This document shows, one piece after another, positions 48,001 through 59,973 of a stretch of DNA of 64,000 nucleotides. The translations under genes were made by a program, and so were the position numbers. This stretch comes from Lingula anatina. Its lineage: Eukaryota > Animalia > Brachiopoda. Below the pieces are notes generated by a model that worked only from the letters and a program-made list of their open reading frames with translations, did no database searches and was not told the DNA's origin. The stretch lies in assembly GCA_051362555.1 (NCBI GenBank), contig CM120646.1:17298001-17362000 (forward strand). The letters are read 5' to 3'. Numbering within the stretch: the stretch's first letter is position 1; each line of letters starts with the position of its first letter.

Positions 48001-50498
48001 CTGTTATTGGTAACGATGTAAGAGAAAAACAAGGAGCCCAAGATGTGATGAAAGGTAATGGCCTTGAATCTGGTGAAGAGCTCAGATCTCCACAAAGGTC
48101 AAATGAAACTTCCTTTTCAGCTTCTCAGTTGAGTTATTCTGCAGAATCCTTATTTACACCTAGTTCTAACCCTTCGTCAGCAAGGCAGGTTATCCAGTCA
48201 CAAGAGCAAGGCCCACAGCCACAGGTCATTCAGCAACGGGATACCTTTTCACAACCACAGACCCAACAGAAGCAGAATGCGGAGCGATTTGTGCAAAGAA
48301 GTCCCCAGCAGAGTGCATCTTTTCCATCCCAAGGAGGTCTTCCTGCAGTGAGTTCTGATCCTGGCAGTCAGCGCAGTGGTGCTCCAAGTACTGTTCACTA
48401 CATGCCACAGCGAAGCCAGGAAAAAATGATGTCACCTCCACCTCCTAGACCTGATGGGCGGACTAGGACAGCATCAGGCTTTTATTCTGCAGAAAATTTT
48501 GTACAACCTTCATCGAATTCTGTCCCAAGGGGAGGCCCATTGTCTCAGAACAACCCCAGTGAAAATAGAGCACTGCCGCTAAGTCAACCTTCTCCTTTGA
48601 GTCAGGGTCCAATGTTTTCTCCTGAAAAGAATCAAGAAAGGGGAGGTGGACGCTCAAGAGAAAACAGCCGAGAACGGAGGCAGCCTGATACAAATACCAA
48701 TGTTGGATCAGCTCCTGTGTCATCTTCCCAGGATTCATTTGATTTTCACAACACATCCACCTTTGGATTAACTAGTGTCCCTCCAGCTAGCGCAGAGTAC
48801 CTCAGAGCAGGTGGTATCCCAGCCCCTCCAGCACCCTCTGGCATAGGGACATCTTTCACATTTACATTAACATCAACTTCCTCTGCACCTCCTACATCAT
48901 CAACAGCAGCTTTTGGTCAGATGCCCCACCACCAGTTTCCCTTCTACCCCCTTCATCCTTCTTTGAGTCAGTATGGTGCTCCACTGCCTGGGATGCCTAA
49001 TCCACCTCCACTTAACCTGTCTCGGGATGAGAATTCCAGGCAAAAGGAAAGAGGGCCAAGCAGAACGCTGCCTGATATACAGCAGCAAAATCCAGGGTTG
49101 CCATCTCATCCTTCTGGGGCCATCCCTGGCCAGGGTCAGAGTCAACAGCCAGAGTTTAGTCCCCAGGGACATTTACTTAGAACCCCTTCTGGAGTTGGGC
49201 AAAATCCCCAACAGCGACAACATGAGCTTGCCCAGAATCGAGGCCAGGATAATAATAATATGCAGCCAATTCCTGTTTCCCATAGCAGAGAACCAATGAA
49301 TCCTCCTCAGCATCTTTCACAAGGAGAGACCAATGCCAATTCATTCCAACGCTCTTCTTACAGTAACCCATCAGATAAGAATTCTCATTCAAGGACACCT
49401 GGTCTAACAAGCCCACCTTTACATCACAACGATACTTTGTCAGATTCCAGCAGGATGGCTATGCCTCAAAACCCAAACTATGGACAGAATTATGGAAGAT
49501 CATCATCCAATGACTTTCAAAATGTGTCCAGTTTGTCATCTCATTATGAGCCCCCACCACTTCATTATGCACCTGGACCACCACAATCTACCAATCAAAA
49601 TGCCCCTAACATTCAAAAGTCATCCAACCAAAGTGAAAGACCAAAGAAGTCAAGCATAGCACCCAAAGCTTCAAGGCACATTTCTTCTGCATCAGAAAGG
49701 CCATCCAAGTCCATGCCCAAGAAAGGAATGACTCGGCAACAGCAGCAACAGTATGAAGTTGATACAAACTTGTCTAATTCCATTTTTGAATCAAATCGTA
49801 GTATGACTCCATACTTTTCAATTTCAAATTTACCACCCTCGCCTCCAAGAAATGACGGGCCAACTTATATTCCAAGTAATATTTTCCCTGGTCCACCACC
49901 ACCTTCAAGCAGAAGTATGACAGACCAGAGTGCTTATCATAAAAATCCAGACATAAATGCCACTTTCAATTCATTGTTCAACCCTTCCAGACCAGGACAG
50001 AATAGTCTTGGACTTAACTTTCAGCCACCGAGCTTTGGAGTAAACAGTGTCCATGGAAGTCATGCCAGCACTGCCAGTATTAATCCACATACAAATAGCA
50101 TTTCAGTTATGACCCCGCATGTGCCAAATTTCAACTTGACTAACATTTTTGGGGAAATGCCAAATCCTGGTCAGCCAGACACCTTGAATATCTCGCCAAT
50201 CAAATTTCCTACAAATAATCCCATTTTGCCCCCGCCGCAGGGTGGTATGGACCCTAATTCTTTGCACCACCACCAACAAGCTGGGACATTGTACCATAAT
50301 AGGCCGCACCCCCCACCAGCGGTATTGCATAATATGAGTATAAACAATATCCTAGGGCATCACAACCATCATGGTTTTGAGGCCCGCCCAATGGCACCTC
50401 CTGGAATGAACAATCCTGTAGGGCCGCCGTTTCATGGCCATGGACACACCCCTACATTTGGAATGCCCCCATTGAACTTCACTATGCATGACCACTAA
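42004..50498 (+). CDS. USF3: USF3/KIAA2018-like basic helix-loop-helix(-zipper) protein, ~2217 aa; exons 42004-42074, 42732-42867, 43241-43337, 43766-43849, 44233-50498
   Basis: The spliced N-terminus KGRNREAHRGNEKKRKEKTRTLIAQIADMLPGYASVKNK-SMNMTLERAVMYMIELKEKNDQMLLNDPNLYR-EEELRNVKENMQQLTAERDKYLRLLEAAGI resembles the USF3 bHLH and coiled coil as I recall them. A huge low-complexity S/Q/P-rich terminal exon (6266 nt) follows. Phases are consistent (6654 nt total). Confidence 0.85.
42091..42213. repeat. Interrupted (TG)n microsatellite right after the exon donor
   Basis: Direct reading; explains the several spurious Cys/Val and His/Thr ORFs here. Confidence 0.9.
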
Positions 50499-52990
50499 CA
50501 CTGTTAGGACTCTTGTTTCTTTTTCTTTTTATTTATATTTTTGTATGGAAAAGTTTTGCAGAAAATTCAGTCAAGGAAGTAAAACAGTCATGGAATAGAT
50601 TTTATTTGATGAACATAATGTGCAAACTGAAAATTTGACAAGAAATATGTGCATTTTCTGAATATAGATTTGTTGTTCATAACATATACATTTATAGAGA
50701 GGGTTATTCACATAAATCCCATTGTCAGGTTCACTCTATCATTGATCACCAGATGGTAAAGGAAATCTGTTTTAGCTGTAGATAATATCACTGATTAAGA
50801 AAAAAAAAGTTATTTTAATTTTTATTTAAAATGTTTAATTATCGTCTTTATTTTATTAATTTTATTAATTTAATTTAAATTTCATTTGATCTTTCATTTA
50901 TTTTTTTGCATAACAAATCAAAGTGCTAGAGTGAACCCAACAATGCCAGATTTCATTTTCATTGTTTAGATGGTGCTGTATAGAGAACAATTGCAATATC
51001 TGTGCTTTGTACCAAATGTTTATATGGTTTTGATTTTTAAAAAAACTTTCTTGAAGTCATGTCAGTGGTGTTTATAAGTTTTTTTTAATCAAAATTTTAT
51101 TTTTGTTACTATTACCATTAGTACCCTGTGAATTTCTTTTTGTTGCTTTGTGAGGTTTTACAGAGAACTAATGTTTTGGATTTACATCAGTAAAATGTAG
51201 GTTGGGGCAAAAACAGAAGACTTTCTTCACATATAGCTTAGTAGGAAAATGGCATACAGCAAGGAAATTCAGTATCAGAAAGTTTCAACTCAACTTGCTC
51301 CCAAAGAGCTTTGTAGTGCCTATATCAAAACTACTTACAAATTTTTTTATCTCGTTTACTTTTAATTATTTATTTTCAAGATATCTCACTTTTGTGAAGT
51401 TTTTGCACCATGGACCCAACGAACATTCATATTTTAATTTTTGTTTTCACCCCCAAATATTATCAACACACTGTTTTGTGAAATAGAATCGACCAATTAT
51501 GTTAAAATTTAATAATTTAAATATTTTTCAATGGAGGTTTAATTCCATAGAAAAAAAGTGCAATGGCCAAAAGTGGCAACTGAGATTTTTTGAAATAATA
51601 AAATGTTCTGAAAACGATCCTTCAAAAAGAAAACAGTGCTGGAAAATTGTCAGGAAATAATCCAATTGAGGTATGATTTATTGATGAATATTACCAAATG
51701 TGATTTAAGTATTGAGCATGCAGTTTCTGTACATAATAGAACATAAACATTATTTGAAATCTGAGGATTATAGTGTACAGAAATGAAATTTATGTGAATG
51801 TATAGATGTGTAAACATTTTAAAATAGTGAAAAGTGGAGTTTTTTTATGTATTCAATATTTGTCATTATTTTATGATTTTTTAAAATTTGAGTGAAAGAT
51901 GGCTGAGAATTGTCAGCTCTCATAAGTTTTAGAATTTCTAATTCATAAAAATTGTGCTGGTGTTGTTAGATAATTTTGTACACCTGCTTTTAAACTTGGA
52001 CAGTTGCTGAAGATCTATATGCTTTTGGGCTTGCGTATTGATGGATGTATTTTTATAAGTTATAAAGAAACAAATGGTGTGTATAACATATAAATAATTT
52101 TTAAAGAGATGAACAACATATCATTATGTACATATACATCCTCATTCTTTGTCATCTTTTCTTATTTTTATTCAGTAATTTTATACTCTATAGTTTTAGT
52201 GTTTTGTCATAATTAACTGTCTGATATTTTTCTGAAGAATGAAGGCACCCAAACTTCTGGGTTAAAATATAAACAGGTATGCATTGAATGTCTTATACAA
52301 ACTTTATAAGTAAATGTGTGAATGAATGGAAGTAGGCATTATGTGGATAAATGCAGTGTATGAGGAAATCTGATAGATGGTCAGTAAAAGAGGCAGAAGT
52401 ATTGTTGAATAAGTAAATTAGATATTTTATCATGTCCTTGTGATTATATTGAAATGTAATCTGCAATGCTTTCATCATATATGCTGTACTTGAACTGTTT
52501 TATTATGTAGATGACAATGTGTATTTGTATCCTTTTATATACAAAGTGAACTTATAAAGATAATTTATATTGTTAAAGCTTGTGTTCTTGACTTTTATCC
52601 ATGTGTTACTGCTTGTCCAGTGAGATAATTTGGGGTGAGGGTTAAAAAGAAATTGGTGTCAATTTGTGAGAAAGGTATCTTGAGTACAAAATCCCGAAAT
52701 CTGTGCTTATTTTCCAAACAAAATTAACTAGAACAATTTGTCAAAGCATAAAATAAAAGCTGCTCAGGTGACATGTATGCACAGGCCTGCACATGTTTCC
52801 TAAGAGGATCATTCATTTTTAATGTTGGTGAAATCAAAATTACAGCCACTCGTGACTCTAGTCATACCTTAGCACCATTTGGAAGAGATTGAAAATTAGG
52901 CCCATTTTGGCCTTGAGCAGAACATTTTAGAGATATAGCTATACCAGTACACTATGAGAGGTTCTAACATCACACTCAAGGATTTGTATA

Positions 52991-53343
52991 GCTTTCACTA
53001 CTATGCTTTCTACTGTTAGGGCAGTTGATTAATGAAATGCATTGAATTTTGGGCTCCATCTCTTAAATAACAGTCCGCCTCATAAGTTGGTTTCTCTCAA
53101 AATGTAGCTGTACAACTGTACTGCTTTGTATATTGCTCAATACGAAAGGAGCTTTGGTCAGTTATCATACTTGATGGCAGTGGGTAGGTAGCAAAGGGAT
53201 AAGGTTACCTCTCGTCAGTCTTATGTGGATTCCATCTCATTCACTGAGAATTTATTTCAGTGCTAGGTTAAGTGACCTTGACTGGCCTCCCAGATATAAG
53301 CTAAGTGAACTCAGTCTCAAAAAAAAAAAAAAAAAAAAAAAAA
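52991..53343 (+). mobile_element. Poly(A)-tailed retroposon (SINE-like or truncated retrocopy) containing a sarcin-ricin-loop-like hairpin
   Basis: A25 at 53319-53343. Candidate 13-bp TSD aaggatttg(t/c)ata at 52978-52990 and 53342-53354 (1 mismatch). Internal GCTCAATACGAAAGGAGC at 53135-53152. Confidence 0.6.
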
Positions 53344-53792
53344 GGATTTGCATAAAGTTAAAGGGGAAAATGTTAAAGAACTATAGTTTTATTTGATTGG
53401 CAAGACACAGTAATGCATGTGAAAACTGGAAAGTAAAAGACATAATTTACACAGATCCTGATGTTACAAATAATATCAAAGTTGGACGTTGCATGAAGAT
53501 TTCATTTTTTTATATTGATTATTTTATGCAAACAAGGCACTTATGTGAACTAAAATGATGGCCAAATTTCACTGAATCACTGAAACATTCAGTTGATACT
53601 GTTGCACGGAAAGTTTTGAAATCTCTTCTTGTGCATTTGTGCTCTTATACCACCAATGCCTTTTTTTCCCCAAGTATTAAGCACTGCAGAAGTTTCAGAT
53701 TTCTGTTTTGTGGCAGTCCAGGTGACACAATATTATGTGATGTCTGTTTTTTATGACAGGGTACTGTATCTTTAAATTCGTGGTTGCGGTCA

Positions 53793-56700
53793 TTAAGCAG
53801 CTGCTTCTGGAGGAGGATCTGTATTTTCTTCCAATTGATCAGATGGCTTGTTTGATTCATTGTTATTGAGATCTGGATCCTCAGCCTGCTCTTTGCTCTC
53901 AATGCCATCCTGGTCTGGTACTGGGTTCTCTGTTTGCTGTTGTTCTAACGCTAGTTCAGTTTTCTGTGCTGCTGCTTCTTCATTGGGTAATGGTGTGTCA
54001 CTGCTCTCCCCTTTGGGAGGATCTTCTGGAGGGTTTTCCTCGTTACTTCCTTCAGTAGGCCTTGACTCAGCATCAGTATCGATATTTGGCATGGCATCTC
54101 CTGTTGGTGTGTCAGAAGCTTCTATGGAAGGAGCACTCTGAAGATCCGGTGATCCCTCTCCTTGCTGAACAGCTGCTTCTTCCTTTGGTTCCTCAGCACT
54201 GGTGCTCTCTGTAGCAATGCCATCAGCAGATCCGTTGGGCTCTGTTGCCTCAGCCCCTTGGGCTGACTCTTCCTCATCTGGTAAAGCATTTGTCTCTTCT
54301 TGAGCTACCTCTTTAGCTAGGTCAGGTGATGGCACCATCTGTGTGCTTTCTTGTACAGACTCTTTACTGGATTCCTCTTGGGCAATCTCGGCCTCGGGAG
54401 GTTCAGCTTCTGCCCGAGTGTCCAGGGCAGGCTCAGCCTCATTTTCAGCAAGTGAAACTGCCACTGCACTCTGCTCAGATTGAGGTTCTGGAGGCTGGAC
54501 ATCAGCTGAGGAACTTTCTTCAGTCTTAACCACTTCCTCTGCTGTCTGAACTTCTTCAGCAGCTTCAGGTGCTTGTGATAACTCTCCTTGTTCAGTAGGC
54601 TCAGACTGAGTTGTATCAGCTTCCGTTGTCTCAGCTGGTTCTTCAGCACTTTGTTCTTTAGCTGTTTCAGATTTAGAATCATGGGTCTCTTCTGCTATGA
54701 GTTCTTCTGCTTCTTCATTTGCATGTACTTGCTCTTCAGCTGCCTCAGCTGTTGTTTGTTCTTCTGTTGCTTCAGCTGTAGCAGGGATTTTTTCCTCGTC
54801 TGTTTCAGCTACAGGTGATTGTTCCTCTGCTTTTACAGTTGTTGCTTCACTTGGTTCTTGTTCCTCAGCAGCTTCAGTTGGTGCTTGTACCTCTGCTGCT
54901 TCAGCTGTAGGAGGGACTTCTTCCTCTGCAGCTTCAGTTGGTGCTTGTACCTCTGCTGCTTCAGCTGTAGGAGGGACTTCTTCCTTAGCTGCTTCACTAT
55001 GTGCTTGTTCTTCTGCTGCTTCTGTTGAAGAAGGCATGTCTTCCTTGGCAGCTTCAGTTGGTGCTTGTTCTTCTGCTTCTTCTGTTGTAAGTGGAACTTC
55101 GTCCTTAGTCACTTCAGTTGGTGCTTGTTCCTCTGCTGCTTCAGCTGTAGGAGGGACTTCTTCCTTAGCTGCTTCAGTTGGTGCTTGTTCTTCTGCTGCT
55201 TCTGTTGAAGGAATGACTTCTTCAGCTGCTTCAGTTGGTGCTTGTTCATCAGATGCCTCTGTTGCAGGAGGGGCTTGTTTCTCAGCTGTTTCTGTTGTAC
55301 AAGGGACTTGTTCCTCAGCTGCTTCAGTTTGCGCTTGTTCTTGTGCTGCCTCATATACAGGGGCTTGTTCATCTGTTGCTTCAGTTGTTGGGGCTTTCTC
55401 ATCTGCCTCTCCCTGCATTTTTTCAGGGATCTCTTCTACTGTAGCAGCCTCCTCTACAGCTGGACTTGTATCTTTCCCCGTATCTTCCTCTACTGGCAAG
55501 GGCTCAGATGGCTCTACAGCAGAAGTTGGTGCCTCCTCTGCAGCTGCGAGGGTGATTTCTGTAGGCTCTTCAGCAGTTGGAGCTTGTTCCCGTACCAGCC
55601 CAGTAGTCTCAACTAATTCTGTTCCTTCAGCAGGTGCTACTGTTACTAGTTCTTCTGTTGCTTCAGGTTTCTCTTCCAAAGGTATATCTGCTGGTTCAGC
55701 CTTTGCTTCTACAGCTTGTTGTTCAGCTACCATCTCTGTCTGGGGTTCAGCCTCCATTTCTGCTGGTTGTTTTTCCTCAAGTTCTGCAATCTGTGTCTTC
55801 TCCAACTCCTCTTCTTCTGCTTTCTCTAACACCTAAAGGTTTATATTAAAATAGCACACAGCTATAACATTATCGAAAATGAGGTAACGAATTCACTTTT
55901 AAAGATGGGCCATAAGAATGATAGTTCATAAGTGAAAAAAAAGGAAAAAAAAAGTTTAATTTTTTTAAGTAATTTGAAAGCCTTCCTTATTTCTGAACAC
56001 TAGCAGATTTGCATAACAGTGACAAAAACTCCATTTCAAGTGAGATTGCTAGGAAAGTATAATTAATTCTAATAATGCTGTTGAATAAATGTGAGAAGAA
56101 ACATACTTCTTCTTTGCCACCCTCTGACTCCTCAATGTGTTCCATGTCTTGTGTTCCATCCAGCTTCTGAGTTTCTTCAGGTTTCACAATCTGAGCCTCA
56201 TCTACAGGTGTAGTGTTTGGAGTTCTGGGGAAATCACCTTCTGCCTCTGTTACGAGTAGATAGTTAAGGTTCAAGACAATAAGTATTGAACAAAAGGTCC
56301 ATAAAATAAGGTTCTCTATCTAAATGCACCTAACTGCTTTACACAAAAGTCATTTTCGTAGCTTAGTGTTGACAAATCATAAGGATATTATTTATAATTA
56401 CTCACTAGAATTAAAACAAAAAATCTGGCATGTTTATTAAAACTCTTTATAGAAGCCCGGTCAGTGAAGGACTCTAGTAATAATGTTACTGAAACACACG
56501 TGCATACCCACACACACCTTGTTCCAGAGCCTCCCCAGAATCTTTCTGAACTGGAGTTGCTTCTCCTGAGATGTTCTCTTCCTCATTCTCATCTTTCAGC
56601 GTCTCATCTGAAGGAATCCTCGGTGAAGCGACTCTCTGCAGGCAAACCTCTGGGATTCCTTGACCAACCACCACCAGTGAGTCCCCGTCACTGGGACCTG

Positions 56701-57539
56701 GAAACATTGGTAGACACAATTTAATGTCACAACTACCACTGTCACAACTACCACAATTACTACTTGTACTTTGATTTAGTAATTGATAATAATTTTATGA
56801 GTTATTATAGCTTCATATAATTTTGAAACTGCTATATTAATTGATGACACTTTGCAAGGTTTTTTCCACCTCCTAAAATGTAAAGGGAAATAATGAATGA
56901 AATTTTGCTGCTATAACAATGACATACTGCAAAATATACCGTTGTATGACTAAAAAAAACTCCAAATGTGCTTTAAAGTATGAATTGAAGTACTGACAAC
57001 TACAACTTGGACCTGTTGTGGCAATATTGTTCCATACAATGTCACAGCCAACACAATCACCTAGAGAGATATACAGCTTGTCGCAACTGTCACACTATCT
57101 GGCTTTGACAATAAAACCTGGCAAGGGTCTCAGATATTTCACATACACAGTAGTCACTCATATAAATTTCAACACTACTGACATGGACTGCAGCCATTCA
57201 GATTGCATTCTGTGTTTTGTAACAATAAGTTACACTGAAATTTTCAAACTAATTAACCCATGTCACTTGGAATAAATACATTTTCAAAAGCTTTCTACAC
57301 ATTTTAATACTACATATAAATTGAAAAAAAAATTTGCATTATACCTTGCTGGCTTGCTGCCCCTGCCTCGTCCTCTTCTTGTGGAGAGGGCAATTCAGAC
57401 TTGATCACTTCCTCTTCCAAGGCACTGTCCACAGCAGTCTCCTCCTGGGAGGCCGACTGTAGCGCAGTCTGGGACACCTTCTGGACAACATCTTCTGATG
57501 GAGCTCTGCTCACTGAGATAGAATTAAAAGAAACTCAGA

Positions 57540-57581
<42 letters not shown>

Positions 57582-58322
57582 GAATTTAGTCTACTGTTCT
57601 GGTTTTCCCTTTTTATTTTCCTTAAGTTATTTCCACTGCACCCAACTCATTTAGGTACCACAATCAATCATTGAACAATCAAAAAAATCACCTGAACCTA
57701 CCCTTCTGGACTGGGCTAGGGGTTTCATTCTGCATACTACCAAAAGAACTGATGCCTTCATCATCACAGCTATCTAGAAGAGCTGAAATCATAGTTGTTT
57801 TCTTGAAAAGCAAGTATTGAACACATGTTTACATTAAATTTAGATAAGCACATTTAACAGTCTTTACTGAAGATTATTTTTAGTCAAAACTGCAGAATCA
57901 TATACATCATGGACAGATCTCTAATATGACTATAAATGTACACAATAATTCATTGTAGCATATACTGTTGAATAAGCCATTAATTAAATTTACCTATTAA
58001 TACGTGCATGTATTTTATTTACAAGTAAATTTTATCAATATATCTACCACGGCAATATATATTTTTTTATATATTATTATAATCTTATTAACATTATTTT
58101 ATCATATTTTATTTCATCTATTCAATCATTATTATTTTTCATGCACAAACCCCTTTCTCTTTTTTCCAAGCGCCTCTCTAGAAATTCTGCAAAGAAGCTG
58201 TAGATATCCACGGGTTCCCCAATTATGGCTGTTCGCACCATGTCCTCCACCAGAGTTGTGAAACCTGGTGGGATTTTTTCTACACGCTCATAGTAATCTC
58301 TATTCCGAGCGAGGCGTGGCAT
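53793..58322 (-). CDS. RIIa (PKA RII dimerization/docking; Sp17/CABYR-type) domain protein with long Glu/Ala/Thr/Pro-rich repeat tail, ~899 aa; exons 58322-58151, 57512-57345, 56697-56518, 56246-56107, 55832-53793
   Basis: The N-terminus KIPPGFTTLVEDMVRTAIIGEPVDIYSFFAEFLERRLEKRE fits the D/D consensus (IPxG...L...P.D...F...F). Exons sum to 2700 nt with GT-AG junctions and consistent phases. There is an in-frame stop upstream of the ATG, a non-coding upstream exon donor at 58783, and minus-strand AATAAA at 53393-53388. Confidence 0.82.
54700..55400 (-). repeat. Coding tandem repeat, ~57-60-nt (19-20 aa) units EEQAPTEAAKEEVPPTAEAA
   Basis: Recurring gcttcagttggtgcttgttc / gcttcagctgtaggagggacttc blocks, roughly ten units, several nearly identical. 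Confidence 0.9.
57538..57583. repeat. (GA)n microsatellite, forming the polypyrimidine tract of the minus-strand exon at 57512
   Basis: Direct reading of the sequence. Confidence 0.85.
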
Positions 58323-58759
58323 CCTCTTACTCTTCGGGGTGTTGGAGTAGTAATGGTTGCCGTACTATGATTGTTGGTATCAGAGTTATCCCTATCAGTG
58401 ATGTGAAATATATATTTATGATAAAATGCAAACAAAACTTAATTTATTGCTGTACTGTAAACCATAATGCATGTGGTATTTACACCAAGCTACCGACATT
58501 GACTATTACACTATTACAAAGATAAATAAAGTGCTATCATGTACTAGGTTTAATTTAAATGCCGAGCCACTGGTAAAAAAACAACATATTTTTATTCTCC
58601 CCCGTTTTCATTCAGCCTTATTCATTGGTTAGGTTTGTCAGGTAAACGTTACATTAAAAAAGTGTAAAATAAGGGGAGAAACAGTATTCGCATCATTATA
58701 CTGTCATACCGCCCACTTTCGTTTGAAATACGCGCCTGGTGAACAGTGCTATTTTAAAG

Positions 58760-59070
58760 TTATGCAAATATCGATTATTTACCTGGTAAGGTCAGGAGGC
58801 GAGTTGTTTTGTGTGCGTCACCGGTAACTTAGAGATATAGAGCATGCGCAGGTCATAGAAGAACTCCGCAGCAAATTAGGTTACATTCGTATTATTTATA
58901 TTAGCAGTTTTGCTCAAAAACATACCTAAATCTGAATATTTAAATAATAAATAACAAAAACTTGCTACTTCTGCATTATATCGCAAAAGAACATCTGCAA
59001 TCTTGTGTTTAGCCCTATGCGACCCGGGCCTGTATTGTTGACAGTATGGCGCCTTTCCTTTTGAATTCGT
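58760..59070. promoter_or_regulatory. Bidirectional promoter shared by the RIIa-domain gene and TLCD5
   Basis: RFX X-box GTCACCGGTAAC at 58817-58828; NRF1-like GCATGCGCA at 58842-58850; octamer ATGCAAAT at 58762-58769; YY1-like AGTATGGCG at ~59043; CpG-retaining. Confidence 0.65.
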
Positions 59071-59140
59071 GAGAGGAACTTCATAGTTTTGTGAATATTT
59101 AGTTTCTTTATCTTCTTTGGGGTCCCTGTAATTGCTGAGG

Positions 59141-59939
59141 ATGTCGGTAAGTTTGCATGAAACTTTATGGTGGAAGATAGGAGAAATGGTTATGATTTAA
59201 GGCTCGATATTATACACAGAGTTCACCACGGCATAAAGCTACGCGTACATGAAAACGGGGGTGTGGCAACAAACTAGGCTTTCATTCAGAATTACCCCAA
59301 CTTATGTACACCATAAGAGTAATCATCTCCTTTTCTATCCCCAATATATATCTTAAAGTCTTAGAGGTTGTCCGGTTTTATTATTTCAAAGTACCTTAAT
59401 CGAGATATAATATTTTGGTCTGTACCACGGTAGCTACATGTATAAATTTCCCCTTTTGAACTCACCAGTGATGGCCAACGGTCAGGAATATATTTAGAAT
59501 GATGTTTAACATACAGATATGATAATGGGTCTCATGGATGAAAGGTCTCTAATCTTCAAATTGTGCCGTGCTATAGTTATGTGACTTTTATTTGACAAGC
59601 ACCCATACCCTTGACGACATTAGTTAATTATTGAACAAAGTAAACATGCTGAAGTATGCATGAAAGTAACCCCTATGCCGAATAATGATTTATGGTGTAT
59701 CATAAGTATATGTTTGAATTAAAACATAGTTTGGTCGTTTTCCCTTTTTCTTTCTTTCTTTTTTTTTTTATTTGATTTTACTTAAGTTTGTTAGTTGGTG
59801 TGTATATGCAATGTTTATTTATTTATTTTTATATTGTGTCTTACTAAAATCATTTAGTTTAGCAAGGGAATAATGAAGGGGTGGCTTTATAAAATAAAAA
59901 TATAAAATTAAAATCACTAACTTCAGAAAGATTTACTCA

Positions 59940-59973
<34 letters not shown>

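Noticed and set aside
52991-53318. Genuine rRNA gene or NUMT
   Set aside because: Similarity is limited to the SRL-like motif and weak flanks, while the poly(A) and TSD point to retroposition, so it is not called as rRNA.
54700-55400. Regularly spaced repeats resembling a CRISPR array
   Set aside because: In-frame coding repeats in a spliced eukaryotic gene; there are no unique spacers or cas genes.
54697-55836. 379-aa Ser/Ala/Val-rich ORF on the + strand
   Set aside because: Antisense shadow of the repetitive acidic exon: the reverse complements of GAA/GCA/ACT codons rarely give stops.
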